Under the pieces are notes generated by a model. That model saw only the letters and a program-made list of their open reading frames with translations. It searched no databases and was not told where the DNA came from. Of a stretch of DNA of 64,000 nt, positions 43,278 through 53,261 are shown piece by piece; within the stretch, counting starts at the first letter, position 1, and every line of letters begins with the position of its first letter. This stretch comes from Candidatus Saccharimonadales bacterium (lineage in GTDB: Bacteria; Patescibacteriota; Saccharimonadia; Saccharimonadales; UBA10212): assembly GCA_035758565.1 (NCBI GenBank), contig DASTXL010000002.1, positions 19,118-83,117 of the forward strand, read 5' to 3'. Position numbers and translations under genes: made by a program.

Positions 43278-44423
43278 ATGACCGTGAGTGGAAAGCGGAT
43301 ATTACCTGTTGTCTTAGGATTAGTTTTAACATCGACAATTCTGGGGTCAGCCCTGCCTAATAAAACGGCATCGGCTGCTCAAATAACTCCGCGAAAACTC
43401 ATCCTAGAAGGTATTGGGGCCGTGGGCGGATCTACGCCAGGCGGCACCGTCAACCATCACTTTGTCTTTACGGCGCCGGGTAGCACTGCTATTCAATCGA
43501 TTAAATTTACTTATTGTACCCAAGCGCGTGTTGCCCTTCCCTGTACTACACCTACAAACATGGATGCTACCAATGCCACCGTTGGCACATTAACGGGCAC
43601 TACTGGCTGGACTAAGCAAGCATCGAGCGCAAATAGCTATACCTTAACTAACGCTGCCGCGGTAGATGTGAGCGCAGGCGCAGAAATTACTTTGGACGGC
43701 GTAAAAAACACTACTGATGCTAATACAGCCTTTTATGTAGATATAACCACTTATACATCCACCGACGCCACTACTGGCGCAACAGATGATGGTTGGGTAG
43801 CGGCCGCCACGGCTAATCAGATCCAATTATCTGGAACTATGCCCGAAAGCCTAGTTTTCTGTGCCGGCAGCACTATTGGTTTAGATACTAATAGCCTGCC
43901 CGATTGCACGCAGGCTAACAACGCTGTAGTTGACTTTAACCAGCTATTTTCTCCTAGTGATACATCCTTCGCCACTTCACAGTTAGCAGCTTCTACCAAT
44001 GCCGGCAACGGCTACTCAATTACTGTGAACGGACCAACGCTCACTTCTGGCTCTAACACTATCTCGCCCATGGACGGCACAACCAATGGTCCAACCAGCG
44101 TAAAAGGTACTAGTCAATTTGGCTTAAACCTTGTAGTTAATGATAGCTCGCCTTATACTGGCGCACCGGTTATCACTGGTAGTGCCGATATCACCCCTGC
44201 CTCATCTACTTCTACCCTGCGCGGTGAACCAAAAACTGACTATGCATCAAATGGTAGCTTTAAGTACATAGACGGTGACGCCATAGCCGATAGCTCTCAC
44301 GGTGGCGCCGGTGGTACCGACATGCAGATGTATACAGTTTCTTATATTGTTAACGTAGACGGCGCTCAACAGGCTGGTACGTATACCACCACCTTAAGCT
44401 ACATCTGCACAGCTCAGTTCTAG
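43278..44423 (+). CDS. secreted surface-locus protein, paralogue 3
   Basis: Signal peptide. Identical GTMPESLVFCAGSTIGL block, and the C-terminal YTVSYIVNVDGAQQAGTYTTTLSYICTAQF. Confidence 0.75.
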   Translation: MTVSGKRILPVVLGLVLTSTILGSALPNKTASAAQITPRKLILEGIGAVGGSTPGGTVNHHFVFTAPGSTAIQSIKFTYCTQARVALPCTTPTNMDATNATVGTLTGTTGWTKQASSANSYTLTNAAAVDVSAGAEITLDGVKNTTDANTAFYVDITTYTSTDATTGATDDGWVAAATANQIQLSGTMPESLVFCAGSTIGLDTNSLPDCTQANNAVVDFNQLFSPSDTSFATSQLAASTNAGNGYSITVNGPTLTSGSNTISPMDGTTNGPTSVKGTSQFGLNLVVNDSSPYTGAPVITGSADITPASSTSTLRGEPKTDYASNGSFKYIDGDAIADSSHGGAGGTDMQMYTVSYIVNVDGAQQAGTYTTTLSYICTAQF

Positions 44424-44426
44424 CGC

Positions 44427-45443
44427 ATGAAGAGACTCGCTTTAGCTGCTGCAAGCTTAATAGCCATAACAACCGTTTTAAGCAGCTCTACGCCCGCTAT
44501 ATTGGCTGCTGCTGCCACGTCTAATGCCGCTACGAGCGGCCAGGCCCTAGAAATCGCCCCGCCGGTCATTACCATGACTGTAAACCCCGGCCAGGTGGTT
44601 CATACGCAACTGCAGCTGCGCGATATAGCTAGCGGCGATTTGTATGTTACCGGCCAAACCAACGACTTTGTAGCCGCCGGCGAGGACGGTACGCCTAAAA
44701 TCCTCTTAAACAACAATGAAAACGATCCCTATTCGCTAAAAGATTGGATTACCCCGCCAGCTGCCCTGACTTTGCAGCCTAAACAAATCAAGACTCTGCC
44801 AATTACCATCAACGTACCGGCTAATGCCTCGCCGGGCGGTCACTACGGTGTTATACGTTTCTCTGCGGTACCGCCAGAGCTAAAAGGTACCGGCGTTTCC
44901 CTGTCGGCCAGTTTAGGGTCTTTGGTATTACTAACCGTTAACGGAAATATTCAGCATAAACTAGCTATTCAACAGTTTTCTGTAAGCAAAAACGGCAAAG
45001 CCGGCCACTTATTCCAATCCACGCCACTTACCTTAACAGAAGTTATCAAAAACACCGGTAATGTACACGAGGAACCAACGGCTGTTATAACTGTTAAAGA
45101 TTTCTTTGGCCGAACACTGGCTGGTGTTTCTGTTAACTATGCCAAACGTAACGTATTGCCGGGTAGCTCTCGTAAATTTGTCGAGCCATTAGATAAAACG
45201 GCTTATGGCTCTCATAGGTTCTTTGGCCGCTACACCGCTACCATGAAGCTGACCTACGCCAATAACCAAACCTTAACCTCATCGGTGTCATTCTGGGTTA
45301 TTCCTTATAAGCTTATCTTCATAATAATTATTCTTTTGATCGCCGGCTTCTTCTTTGTGCGCTATCTGGTCCGCCGCCATGACGAAAAGGTTATGAGGCG
45401 CATGCATAAAATGCAGTCTCAGAAGTTTCAAAACAAAAAATAA
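44427..45443 (+). CDS. two-Ig-like-domain protein with C-terminal TM anchor (DUF916/DUF3324-like, WxL-locus CscA-like; chaperone-like)
   Basis: Signal peptide, LEIAPPVITMTVNPGQ..., ..NVPANASPGGHYGVIRF.., a second beta domain, then a TM helix (LIFIIIILLIAGFFFV) and a basic tail. It starts 3 nt after the preceding stop codon. Confidence 0.7.
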   Translation: MKRLALAAASLIAITTVLSSSTPAILAAAATSNAATSGQALEIAPPVITMTVNPGQVVHTQLQLRDIASGDLYVTGQTNDFVAAGEDGTPKILLNNNENDPYSLKDWITPPAALTLQPKQIKTLPITINVPANASPGGHYGVIRFSAVPPELKGTGVSLSASLGSLVLLTVNGNIQHKLAIQQFSVSKNGKAGHLFQSTPLTLTEVIKNTGNVHEEPTAVITVKDFFGRTLAGVSVNYAKRNVLPGSSRKFVEPLDKTAYGSHRFFGRYTATMKLTYANNQTLTSSVSFWVIPYKLIFIIIILLIAGFFFVRYLVRRHDEKVMRRMHKMQSQKFQNKK

Positions 45444-45534
45444 TAGCAAGTTTTAGCCCTATTTATCTTAAAGCATAAGTGTTATATAGTATTTTTAGGG
45501 TAACTATACCTAAACAAAAATTACTAAAAACAAA

Positions 45535-46506
45535 ATGAACAACTGGCTGAAAATTAGTCATTGGCGCCACAGCGGTCGGCTCAGGGCCCATGAATTCACA
45601 TCTTATCCTCCCCTGTTTTTGATGTTATTCGTGGTTGGTTTCGCCCTGACTGTGTGCACGGTTTCGGCCAAAACGCCTTATGACGGCCCGGAATCGGGCT
45701 ACGTGGGTCTTTCTGGAACTATGCCCGGACCACCGCCCAAAGTAGCCGCCACTATCAAGTCGCCAAGCGGCCAGCAACATTTCAGCACCTCGCCGGTTAC
45801 TGTCAGCGGTACCTGCCCAGAAAACACCGTAGTTCAAATCTACAAGAACGAGATCTTTGGCGGTTCGGCAACTTGTGGCAATGACGGCACTTACTCTCTA
45901 AAAGTTGACCTTATTTACGGCCAGAACACCTTGGTAGCCCGCGACTTTAACGCGTTGAACGAGGCCGGGCCGGACTCTAACAGCGTAATAGTTTTTAACG
46001 ACGAGGCACCGGCCCAGAGCGCAGCCTTAGCTCCCTTAGACCTCGGCGGCGCCCAGCTACTCCTTAACTCCGATGCTGTTTACCGCGGAGTGTTCCCTAA
46101 CCAGTCATTTAGCATACCGGTTGATATATTGGGCGGCAGCGCTCCTTATGCCGTTGATATTCAGTGGGGCGACTCAAGTAACAAGATAGTTCCTAGAAAT
46201 GATAACCAGACTTTTAATGTCCAGCACACCTATTCCAAGCCTGGCAACTATCAAATATCCATGCAAGGCACTGACGGTCAGGGCCGCGTTGCTTTCTTGG
46301 CCGTAGCCGCCATCGTAAACGGCCAGCCACTAGTAAGCGCATCTACCGGCTCCGGCGGCTCTTCTGGCTCTTCTGCCAGCAAACTAACAGTTTTATGGCC
46401 GCTGTGGGCCAGCTCGGTCGCTATGGTGGTGACTTTCTGGCTGGGTGAGAGGCGTGAAAAAAAGGTTTTGGCTCACCGCGGATTTAATTTTCAGACTCAT
46501 ATTTAA
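45535..46506 (+). CDS. membrane protein with Ig-like and PKD-like domains, TM segments at both ends
   Basis: PKD-like stretch IQWGDSS...FNVQHTYSKPGNYQISMQGTDGQG, with N- and C-terminal hydrophobic helices. Confidence 0.65.
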   Translation: MNNWLKISHWRHSGRLRAHEFTSYPPLFLMLFVVGFALTVCTVSAKTPYDGPESGYVGLSGTMPGPPPKVAATIKSPSGQQHFSTSPVTVSGTCPENTVVQIYKNEIFGGSATCGNDGTYSLKVDLIYGQNTLVARDFNALNEAGPDSNSVIVFNDEAPAQSAALAPLDLGGAQLLLNSDAVYRGVFPNQSFSIPVDILGGSAPYAVDIQWGDSSNKIVPRNDNQTFNVQHTYSKPGNYQISMQGTDGQGRVAFLAVAAIVNGQPLVSASTGSGGSSGSSASKLTVLWPLWASSVAMVVTFWLGERREKKVLAHRGFNFQTHI

Positions 46507-46658
46507 TTAAGCCGAGAATTGTCATTTTTACTCTAGTAAAATGCTTGTGCAAATCGCCTATTGAGATTATGCTTTAAGTAGGTAAAAAGCTTGTTTGGGG
46601 GCAGATACCTATCTCGTTTATTACTAACGAATGGGGCGTTAGGGATTAGGGGTTAGTC

Positions 46659-49600
46659 TTGTTGAGTTTCCGACGAAAGGTAGTTTCTTATACCCTGTTG
46701 GCAGGTCTCTTTGTTATTGCTCCGTTAATGATTTTTAGCCCGGCCGAAGCGGCTAGCGGCATCAACCAACAATTGAACTTTCAGGGCCGTTTGCTTAACT
46801 CGCAAGGGGCGGTCGTACCTGATGGTTATTACAATATGGAATTTAAGATCTACCAGGATGGCGATGGCCAAAGCGCCGGAGACACCACCGGATCCCCAAC
46901 CGGAAGCTTAAAGTGGACCGAAGACTGGCTCAATACCGGCTCCACCCAAGGTGTTAAAGTCGTAAATGGCTATCTATCGGTCCAGCTAGGTTCCCGCACC
47001 GCTTTTGGTAGCAGCGTTAACTGGAACTCCGATACTTTGTGGCTGTCTATGCAGGTCGGCAACACCAGCAACTGTACAATCAGCACCGGTTTCCAAACGG
47101 ATTGTGGCGGAGACGGCGAAATGACCCCCATGAAACGCCTGTCTTCTACCCCGTACGCCCTGGATGCCGGCATGTTAAACGGTTTAACAAGCGCCGCTTT
47201 TGTGCAGCTAGCCCAAGGTGTCCAGACAGATGCCACCAGCGCCAGCAGTATCTTTATCAACAAGACTGGCTCTAGCGGCAATATAGTCGAGCTGCAAAAA
47301 GGCGGTTCGGACGCCTTTGTAATCGGCAATACTGGTGACGTCAGCTTTGGCAATAGCGCTAACCACAGTATTTCGATTGCTACGGCAGCCGCCTCGAGCG
47401 GCGGCAAGGGCCTAACGGTAGCCGGCGGCGCGGCCGGCACCGGCACGGGTGCCCTAGCCGGTGGTGCCTTAACGCTTAACGGTGGAGCTGGTGGCGGTTC
47501 TGGTGGCGCTGGTGGCAACGTTAATATTGACGGCGGCCTGGCCAACGGCGCTGGCTTCAATGGCACTATAAATATTGCTACCAATAATGTTGGCACTGTA
47601 AATATTGGCAAGGCTGCCTCGGCCAGCAATATCACCGTTCAGGGCGGCAACGGCTCAACCGCCGTAAGTATCCAGACATTAGCCGCCGGCACTATAGGTG
47701 TCGGCTCAAATAACATTGCTAACACCATCCAGATTGGCAGCACTTCGCTGTCTTCGGGCACGCAGACAGTTAACGTGGGCAACAATAACACCTCTGGCGG
47801 CACAACCAATGTTACGATCGGGGCCGGCGGTTCAGCGGCCGGCGGTACAACAGCCATTCAATCTAAAGGCAACACCACGATAGCTACAAACGGTACCTTA
47901 CGGGCAACTTTTGATAACTTAAATAATCTTTATCTGGGCAACGGTACGAGTAATAGCGCCCCGAGTAACTTCGCTATTACCGGAACGGCTAGCAGCACAT
48001 CTGGTACGGCCGGGGGCACTCTAACTGTAAAAGGTGGTGACTCCTCCACCGGTAATACTAATGGCGGCAATTTGATCTTGACTGCTGGCGCTGGGGCTGG
48101 GACTGGAACAAGCGGCAGTGTAATTGTTAAGCCCAACGGCTCAGACAGCACCACGGCCTTTCAAGTACAAAAGTCAGACGGCGTAACCGCAATGCTAACT
48201 GTCGATACCAAAAACGGTCTGATTGGCTTAGGCGCCGCACCGACAGCAGGCGGTGCTTTAGTTCAAGTCAGCACTACCTTAAGTGCCGGCACCTCCTTAA
48301 CGGCCCCTAGCGTGATAGCTACAACCGGAGTTTACACTGGGGCCAGTGGCGGTACTGAGCGCATCGACGGTAGCGGCAACCTAGTTAACATTGGTAATAT
48401 AACCGGCTCGGCCGCTGTGGCCTTTCAAGGTGGTGCTGGTACTAGTGGCTTAACCGGCGGTAGTGGCGGTGGTGTCAGCATCACAGCTGGTGCTGGCGGT
48501 AACGGCACCGCAACCAATGGTAACGGCGGCGACGTTACTATATCTTCCGGTGCAGCCGGAACCGGAATAGGCACGGCTGGCACAGTTGGTTCGGTAATCG
48601 TAAAGAACCCAGCCAACTCTACCACAGCTTTTCAAGTGCAAAACTCTACTAACAGCAAGGCTGTTTTGGCTGTGGATACTACCAATAATCAAATTGTGCT
48701 GGGCTCTCCCGGAGCGGGCGGCCTGAGCGGACAAATCAAGCTCTACTTTGCTGGCAGCACCGGTAGTATTACTTTGATACCACAAGATCCTGGATCTAAT
48801 AACTACAACCTGACTATTCCTTCCGGTGGCGGCACCATTTGTACCACGGCCAACGGTTTATGTTCCGGTGGTGGCACGGGTAGCGGCGGTTTGGCCAAAA
48901 ACGCTGTTGATAGCTCTAGCGCCGATGCTGGTACCGGCTACCTATATACCTTCACTAACTCTGGTAATGCCGGTAGTGGTGGCGTTTTGAGCCTAGATAA
49001 CGGCAATAACACCGGGCCGGTTGCTTATCTTAAGGGCACCTCTGCTAAAGCCCTTCAGGTGCAAACTTCGGCTGGTTACAACGCCTTAGTACTCGACACT
49101 TCGACTACTCCTGCCCACCTTAAAGTTTATGACGGCACTGCCACAGGTGCTTATGCTGATATTTCTTACAATGACGGCACCAGTTCGGCTATTTTTACAG
49201 CCTCTGCCGGCACTGCTCAGTTCGGCGGCGGCAGCGTACCTACCTTATTAACGGCCGGCTCCGGACAAGCCGTAACCATAACTGGCCATACCAGCTCTAG
49301 CTGGACTCTTGATAACGGCGATTTGACGCTCGATGTGACTGGTGCGAGCGCCAATTTAAATATTGGCACCGGCGCACTAGCTAAAACAGTTAATATAGGC
49401 AATCAAACGGGCGCTACGGCCGTTAATATCAAGGCTGGTAGCGGCAATATTAATTTTATCCCTGTTGGCACCGGTAACACAGGCGTGGTTATTAAGCCAA
49501 CCAATGCCAGTACTCTGGCATTTCAGGTCCAAAACTCTAGCAGCAGCAAGTCCGTAATGTCTGTTGATAACAGCAATAACCAAGTAGTAGTTGGTGATGG

Positions 49601-52600
49601 TAGCGCCTCTGGCATTACTGGCAAATTAGCCTTTAGCTACACCGGAGCCAGTGGCAAAATTATTCTGACTCCTAGTGGCAGCCCCGGCTCGAGTACCTTT
49701 ACCCTGCAATTACCGTCAGAGAACGGCACGCTTTGTACGACGGCCGGCTCGGCCGCTTGTTTGGCGGTTTATGGTGGTGGTACGGCTGGTAACTTTATAG
49801 CTAAAGACGCCGTTGACACCTCTAGTGCCGACTCCGGTGCCGGTGCCCTGCTAACCCTAACCAACTCCGGCAGCGCCGGTTCAGGCAATGTGCTTAAACT
49901 TAATAACAATAACAATACTGGCTCTACTTTAGACGCCACTACAACCGGCAATCCAGGTGCGGGCAAGGCTGTGATTTACGCCGAGAATAAAAACGCTGCC
50001 CCAACCGGCAACCTAATTGATCTTGAATCAGGCACTGTGCCCACTAGCATGTTTAGCGTTGACGCAGCCGGCAATGTTAACAATGCCGGCACACTAACCA
50101 GCGCCGGCGATATAACCAGCTCAACCGGAATAATTAACAGCGATACCTTAAGCGGCAATGCCCTCACCTTTGGTGGCGCCAGTGCTGCGCTGATCCAGTC
50201 CGCCGCTTCGCAGGCATTAAATATCACTGGTCATACCGACTCCACTTGGTCACTTGATGCCGGCAATTTAACTTTGCAAACTTCGGCCGCTAATTCAACC
50301 CTAACCCTAGACGCTGGCTCTAGTGCTAATGGCACTATAAATATCGGCAATGGTGGTGCCTCTTCTATTAGCGTAGAGGCGGCCAATATTTCTTTGGGCA
50401 ACAATGCGGCCTCTACTGTTCAGATCGGCTCTGCCAGTTTATCCAGTGGCACCCAAAATATTTATATAGGCAATAACACTTCTTCTGGCGGCACAACCAA
50501 CATTGTAATCGGTGACGGCGGTTCGGCGTCTGGCGGTTCAATCACCGTAAGATCTAGCGGCACCGCAGTTTTGTCGGGATCAACCACCAGTGTATCGGCT
50601 ACCGGCACCGCTAGCTTATCTGGTGGCACCACTAATATTAGCTCTACTGGCACAACCACTGTTTCGGGCGCTACAACCAACGTTTCTTCAACTGGGACTA
50701 CCAACATTAGCTCGACCGGCAACACAACTATTGCCACGAACAGCACCACCCGAGCTACCTTTGACACATCTAACCATTTATACCTCGGGAATGGTACGTC
50801 GGCAGCCTCGCCCAACAACTTCACTATCTTAGGAACGAACAGCAGCGCAACTGGCGTGGCTGGCGCAACTGTTTATTTGCAGGGTGGCAACGCTACAGTT
50901 GGCAGCGCCAACGGCGGCAATGTAAGTATTAGCGGAGGCAGCGGTACAGGTACCGGCGTAGCTGGCTTGGTCTTGATATCAACTCCGACTTTCTCTACCA
51001 CCACTAACGATCCGAACTGTTATACCGGCGGAAGTTTGGTATCAACCAGCTGTACCATTGCCCAAGCGTCCGTTGACGACTCTGCCGGAATAATTGTCGG
51101 CTTCTTTAATGTTGGCCAGATCGCCACTTTGCCCAGTCCAACAATTAACATACCGGGGCGAGTTGTTTACGTAACTGCCGCCAATGGTTCGTCTGACTTC
51201 ACGCTGGAAGTTAATGGTGGTGGCACCGGAAACGACATAGCTATGCGCCAAAACACCACAGCCACCATGGTCTGGAGCGGCTCCAAATGGACGGCTGCCG
51301 GCGCCTCTAGTTCCACTACCCTGCAGGCAGCCTACGACAATACCCTGCAGAGCGCCGGTGGTGCCGAACTTGTAGTTAGCCATACCTCGGCAACCAACGG
51401 CTTAACCATTCGTGATAGTTCAATTAACCCAGTTAACGGTACTTTGTTAAGCGTTCAGACTTCTTCAGCCGCTACGCTTATTTCCGTCAATGGCAATGTT
51501 ACGGAATACGCCAGCGATGCTGGCGCTGAAACGGCCGGCAATACTACGAACACCTTCCCGGCCGGCACTTGGTCGACCGTTGGCTCCAGTTCGGTTAGTC
51601 GCTATACAACTGTTGGCAATTACGTTGATACTGGTCAGGCTTCGGTTTCTGTCGGCACTACTACGGCTGCTAACGATGGAGTTAAAAACACTCTCGACAC
51701 CGCGCTCACCGCCAACATGAACTACAACGTCTCGTTTGCCGTCCGCTTGCTTTCCGGCACCTTTACCGATTTGAATGTCTATTACTCTAGTGATGGTACC
51801 ACCGCTTCTGTTGTCTGTACTACCGGCAAAGCCGCTACCATAAGTATTTGGACTAAGATTAACTGTACTTTTGCGGCGCCGGCGAGTGGAATCACATCGA
51901 GTAATGCCATTTTGATCAGGCAGGCATCAAGCGGCACAGCCCGCAGCTTCTATATCGACAATCTGTCGGTAACCATCGCCGCCGACTTTAACTACGCTAC
52001 TGATGGAGGCGTTGACGATAACGCGAACTTTTCTACTAATTGGACCAGTGTAGCTAGCGCTACTGTCAGCCGCAATACTGGCGTTGGTAATGACGCCAGC
52101 GATAGTGCGGAGGTAGATGCCACTACAACTGGTCAGGGTGTGCGCAACGAACTATCTATCAACCCATTGCCAAACACTCTGTATCGAATAACCGTGTACG
52201 TTTCGAGTACTGCCTCCGGTTTTAATAGTTTTACCGTTCGCTATTCGCCAAATGGCGGCACCAACTTTGTTAACTGCGCCGACTATAATACTCAATCTAT
52301 TTCGGATACGGCTAACGCGTTTACCAAAGTAACCTGCTATATAAATACCAGCGGCACAGCCGTTACCGATCCGGATGTCTACTTTACCCAGTCCGATACA
52401 GCTACCCGCACCTTCTACGTAGACACCTTTTCGATGACGTTGTCTACCGACAGTACGCCGAACGTTCAAATCGGTGGCGGCAACGACGGCGGCCCAGTCA
52501 CCCTTCTAACTCTCGACCGAGCCGCTTCTGCGCCAATTGCCTCTAACAACGACGCCTTCTTGGGCTCGATGTACTACGATACTACGCTCGGCAAACTGCA

Positions 52601-53177
52601 GTGCTATGAAGCCGATGGTTGGGGCGCTTGTGGTTCCAGCCCCGATAATATCGTGACCATCTCGCCGGAATACACCAATGCCGTTATGCACGGAACCGGT
52701 ATTGGTACTATGACTTCTGATATTTGTTCGGATACTTTGCACGTCAATGACGGCACTTCTGGCCAACCAACTATCTGCGGCACCAACGAAACTTACAACT
52801 TCTACAAGTGGACCTCGCCGCAAGCCAGTGCTCAAACCTACAGTATTTACGTTACCTATCAGCTGCCAGACACCTTTAAGACCTTTGCTTCTGGCCAGAC
52901 CTCGATTATGGGCCGCACCGATAGTAGCAATGCCACTGTTCAGTACAGTGTTTACAAAGAGGATTCAACCACTGGTCTCTCGCAGTGTGGTCCTACTGTA
53001 TCGGTCTCTACCGGGTCGGTATCTTCGTGGAAAGTAGGCGTAGCCAGCGGTGCCGCTGACCCATCGACCTGTGGATTTGCCCCGAGCGACAGCATTGTAT
53101 TTAAGATCGATGTAGTAGCCAGTCAAAACGCCGATGCTTACGTGGGCAACCTCAACTTCACCTTCAGCAACAAGTAG
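46659..53177 (+). CDS. giant (2172 aa) secreted Gly/Thr/Ser/Asn-rich fibre-like protein with two C-terminal CBM-like domains
   Basis: Signal peptide. Tail-fibre-like N-terminal module (LNFQGRLLNSQG...). Three copies of STTAFQVQNS..SK.V..VD..NNQ.V.G...G..G...., and two ...FYIDNLSVT / FYVDTFSMT jelly-roll-like modules. Continuous ORF, TTG start. Confidence 0.8.
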   Translation: MLSFRRKVVSYTLLAGLFVIAPLMIFSPAEAASGINQQLNFQGRLLNSQGAVVPDGYYNMEFKIYQDGDGQSAGDTTGSPTGSLKWTEDWLNTGSTQGVKVVNGYLSVQLGSRTAFGSSVNWNSDTLWLSMQVGNTSNCTISTGFQTDCGGDGEMTPMKRLSSTPYALDAGMLNGLTSAAFVQLAQGVQTDATSASSIFINKTGSSGNIVELQKGGSDAFVIGNTGDVSFGNSANHSISIATAAASSGGKGLTVAGGAAGTGTGALAGGALTLNGGAGGGSGGAGGNVNIDGGLANGAGFNGTINIATNNVGTVNIGKAASASNITVQGGNGSTAVSIQTLAAGTIGVGSNNIANTIQIGSTSLSSGTQTVNVGNNNTSGGTTNVTIGAGGSAAGGTTAIQSKGNTTIATNGTLRATFDNLNNLYLGNGTSNSAPSNFAITGTASSTSGTAGGTLTVKGGDSSTGNTNGGNLILTAGAGAGTGTSGSVIVKPNGSDSTTAFQVQKSDGVTAMLTVDTKNGLIGLGAAPTAGGALVQVSTTLSAGTSLTAPSVIATTGVYTGASGGTERIDGSGNLVNIGNITGSAAVAFQGGAGTSGLTGGSGGGVSITAGAGGNGTATNGNGGDVTISSGAAGTGIGTAGTVGSVIVKNPANSTTAFQVQNSTNSKAVLAVDTTNNQIVLGSPGAGGLSGQIKLYFAGSTGSITLIPQDPGSNNYNLTIPSGGGTICTTANGLCSGGGTGSGGLAKNAVDSSSADAGTGYLYTFTNSGNAGSGGVLSLDNGNNTGPVAYLKGTSAKALQVQTSAGYNALVLDTSTTPAHLKVYDGTATGAYADISYNDGTSSAIFTASAGTAQFGGGSVPTLLTAGSGQAVTITGHTSSSWTLDNGDLTLDVTGASANLNIGTGALAKTVNIGNQTGATAVNIKAGSGNINFIPVGTGNTGVVIKPTNASTLAFQVQNSSSSKSVMSVDNSNNQVVVGDGSASGITGKLAFSYTGASGKIILTPSGSPGSSTFTLQLPSENGTLCTTAGSAACLAVYGGGTAGNFIAKDAVDTSSADSGAGALLTLTNSGSAGSGNVLKLNNNNNTGSTLDATTTGNPGAGKAVIYAENKNAAPTGNLIDLESGTVPTSMFSVDAAGNVNNAGTLTSAGDITSSTGIINSDTLSGNALTFGGASAALIQSAASQALNITGHTDSTWSLDAGNLTLQTSAANSTLTLDAGSSANGTINIGNGGASSISVEAANISLGNNAASTVQIGSASLSSGTQNIYIGNNTSSGGTTNIVIGDGGSASGGSITVRSSGTAVLSGSTTSVSATGTASLSGGTTNISSTGTTTVSGATTNVSSTGTTNISSTGNTTIATNSTTRATFDTSNHLYLGNGTSAASPNNFTILGTNSSATGVAGATVYLQGGNATVGSANGGNVSISGGSGTGTGVAGLVLISTPTFSTTTNDPNCYTGGSLVSTSCTIAQASVDDSAGIIVGFFNVGQIATLPSPTINIPGRVVYVTAANGSSDFTLEVNGGGTGNDIAMRQNTTATMVWSGSKWTAAGASSSTTLQAAYDNTLQSAGGAELVVSHTSATNGLTIRDSSINPVNGTLLSVQTSSAATLISVNGNVTEYASDAGAETAGNTTNTFPAGTWSTVGSSSVSRYTTVGNYVDTGQASVSVGTTTAANDGVKNTLDTALTANMNYNVSFAVRLLSGTFTDLNVYYSSDGTTASVVCTTGKAATISIWTKINCTFAAPASGITSSNAILIRQASSGTARSFYIDNLSVTIAADFNYATDGGVDDNANFSTNWTSVASATVSRNTGVGNDASDSAEVDATTTGQGVRNELSINPLPNTLYRITVYVSSTASGFNSFTVRYSPNGGTNFVNCADYNTQSISDTANAFTKVTCYINTSGTAVTDPDVYFTQSDTATRTFYVDTFSMTLSTDSTPNVQIGGGNDGGPVTLLTLDRAASAPIASNNDAFLGSMYYDTTLGKLQCYEADGWGACGSSPDNIVTISPEYTNAVMHGTGIGTMTSDICSDTLHVNDGTSGQPTICGTNETYNFYKWTSPQASAQTYSIYVTYQLPDTFKTFASGQTSIMGRTDSSNATVQYSVYKEDSTTGLSQCGPTVSVSTGSVSSWKVGVASGAADPSTCGFAPSDSIVFKIDVVASQNADAYVGNLNFTFSNK

Positions 53178-53261
53178 TGTTTTGCGTGGCAACTTTACAT
53201 GCCGTTTATGCTAAAATAACAGGTATAAACAAGAACCCTAGAAGGGGCGCCAGAAAGAGTT

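Noticed and set aside
46970-50824. Numerous Pro/Val/Leu-rich antisense ORFs inside the 2172-aa gene
   Set aside because: Gly/Thr/Ala/Asn-rich repeats read on the opposite strand yield stop-free Pro/Val frames. The long continuous sense ORF explains the region.
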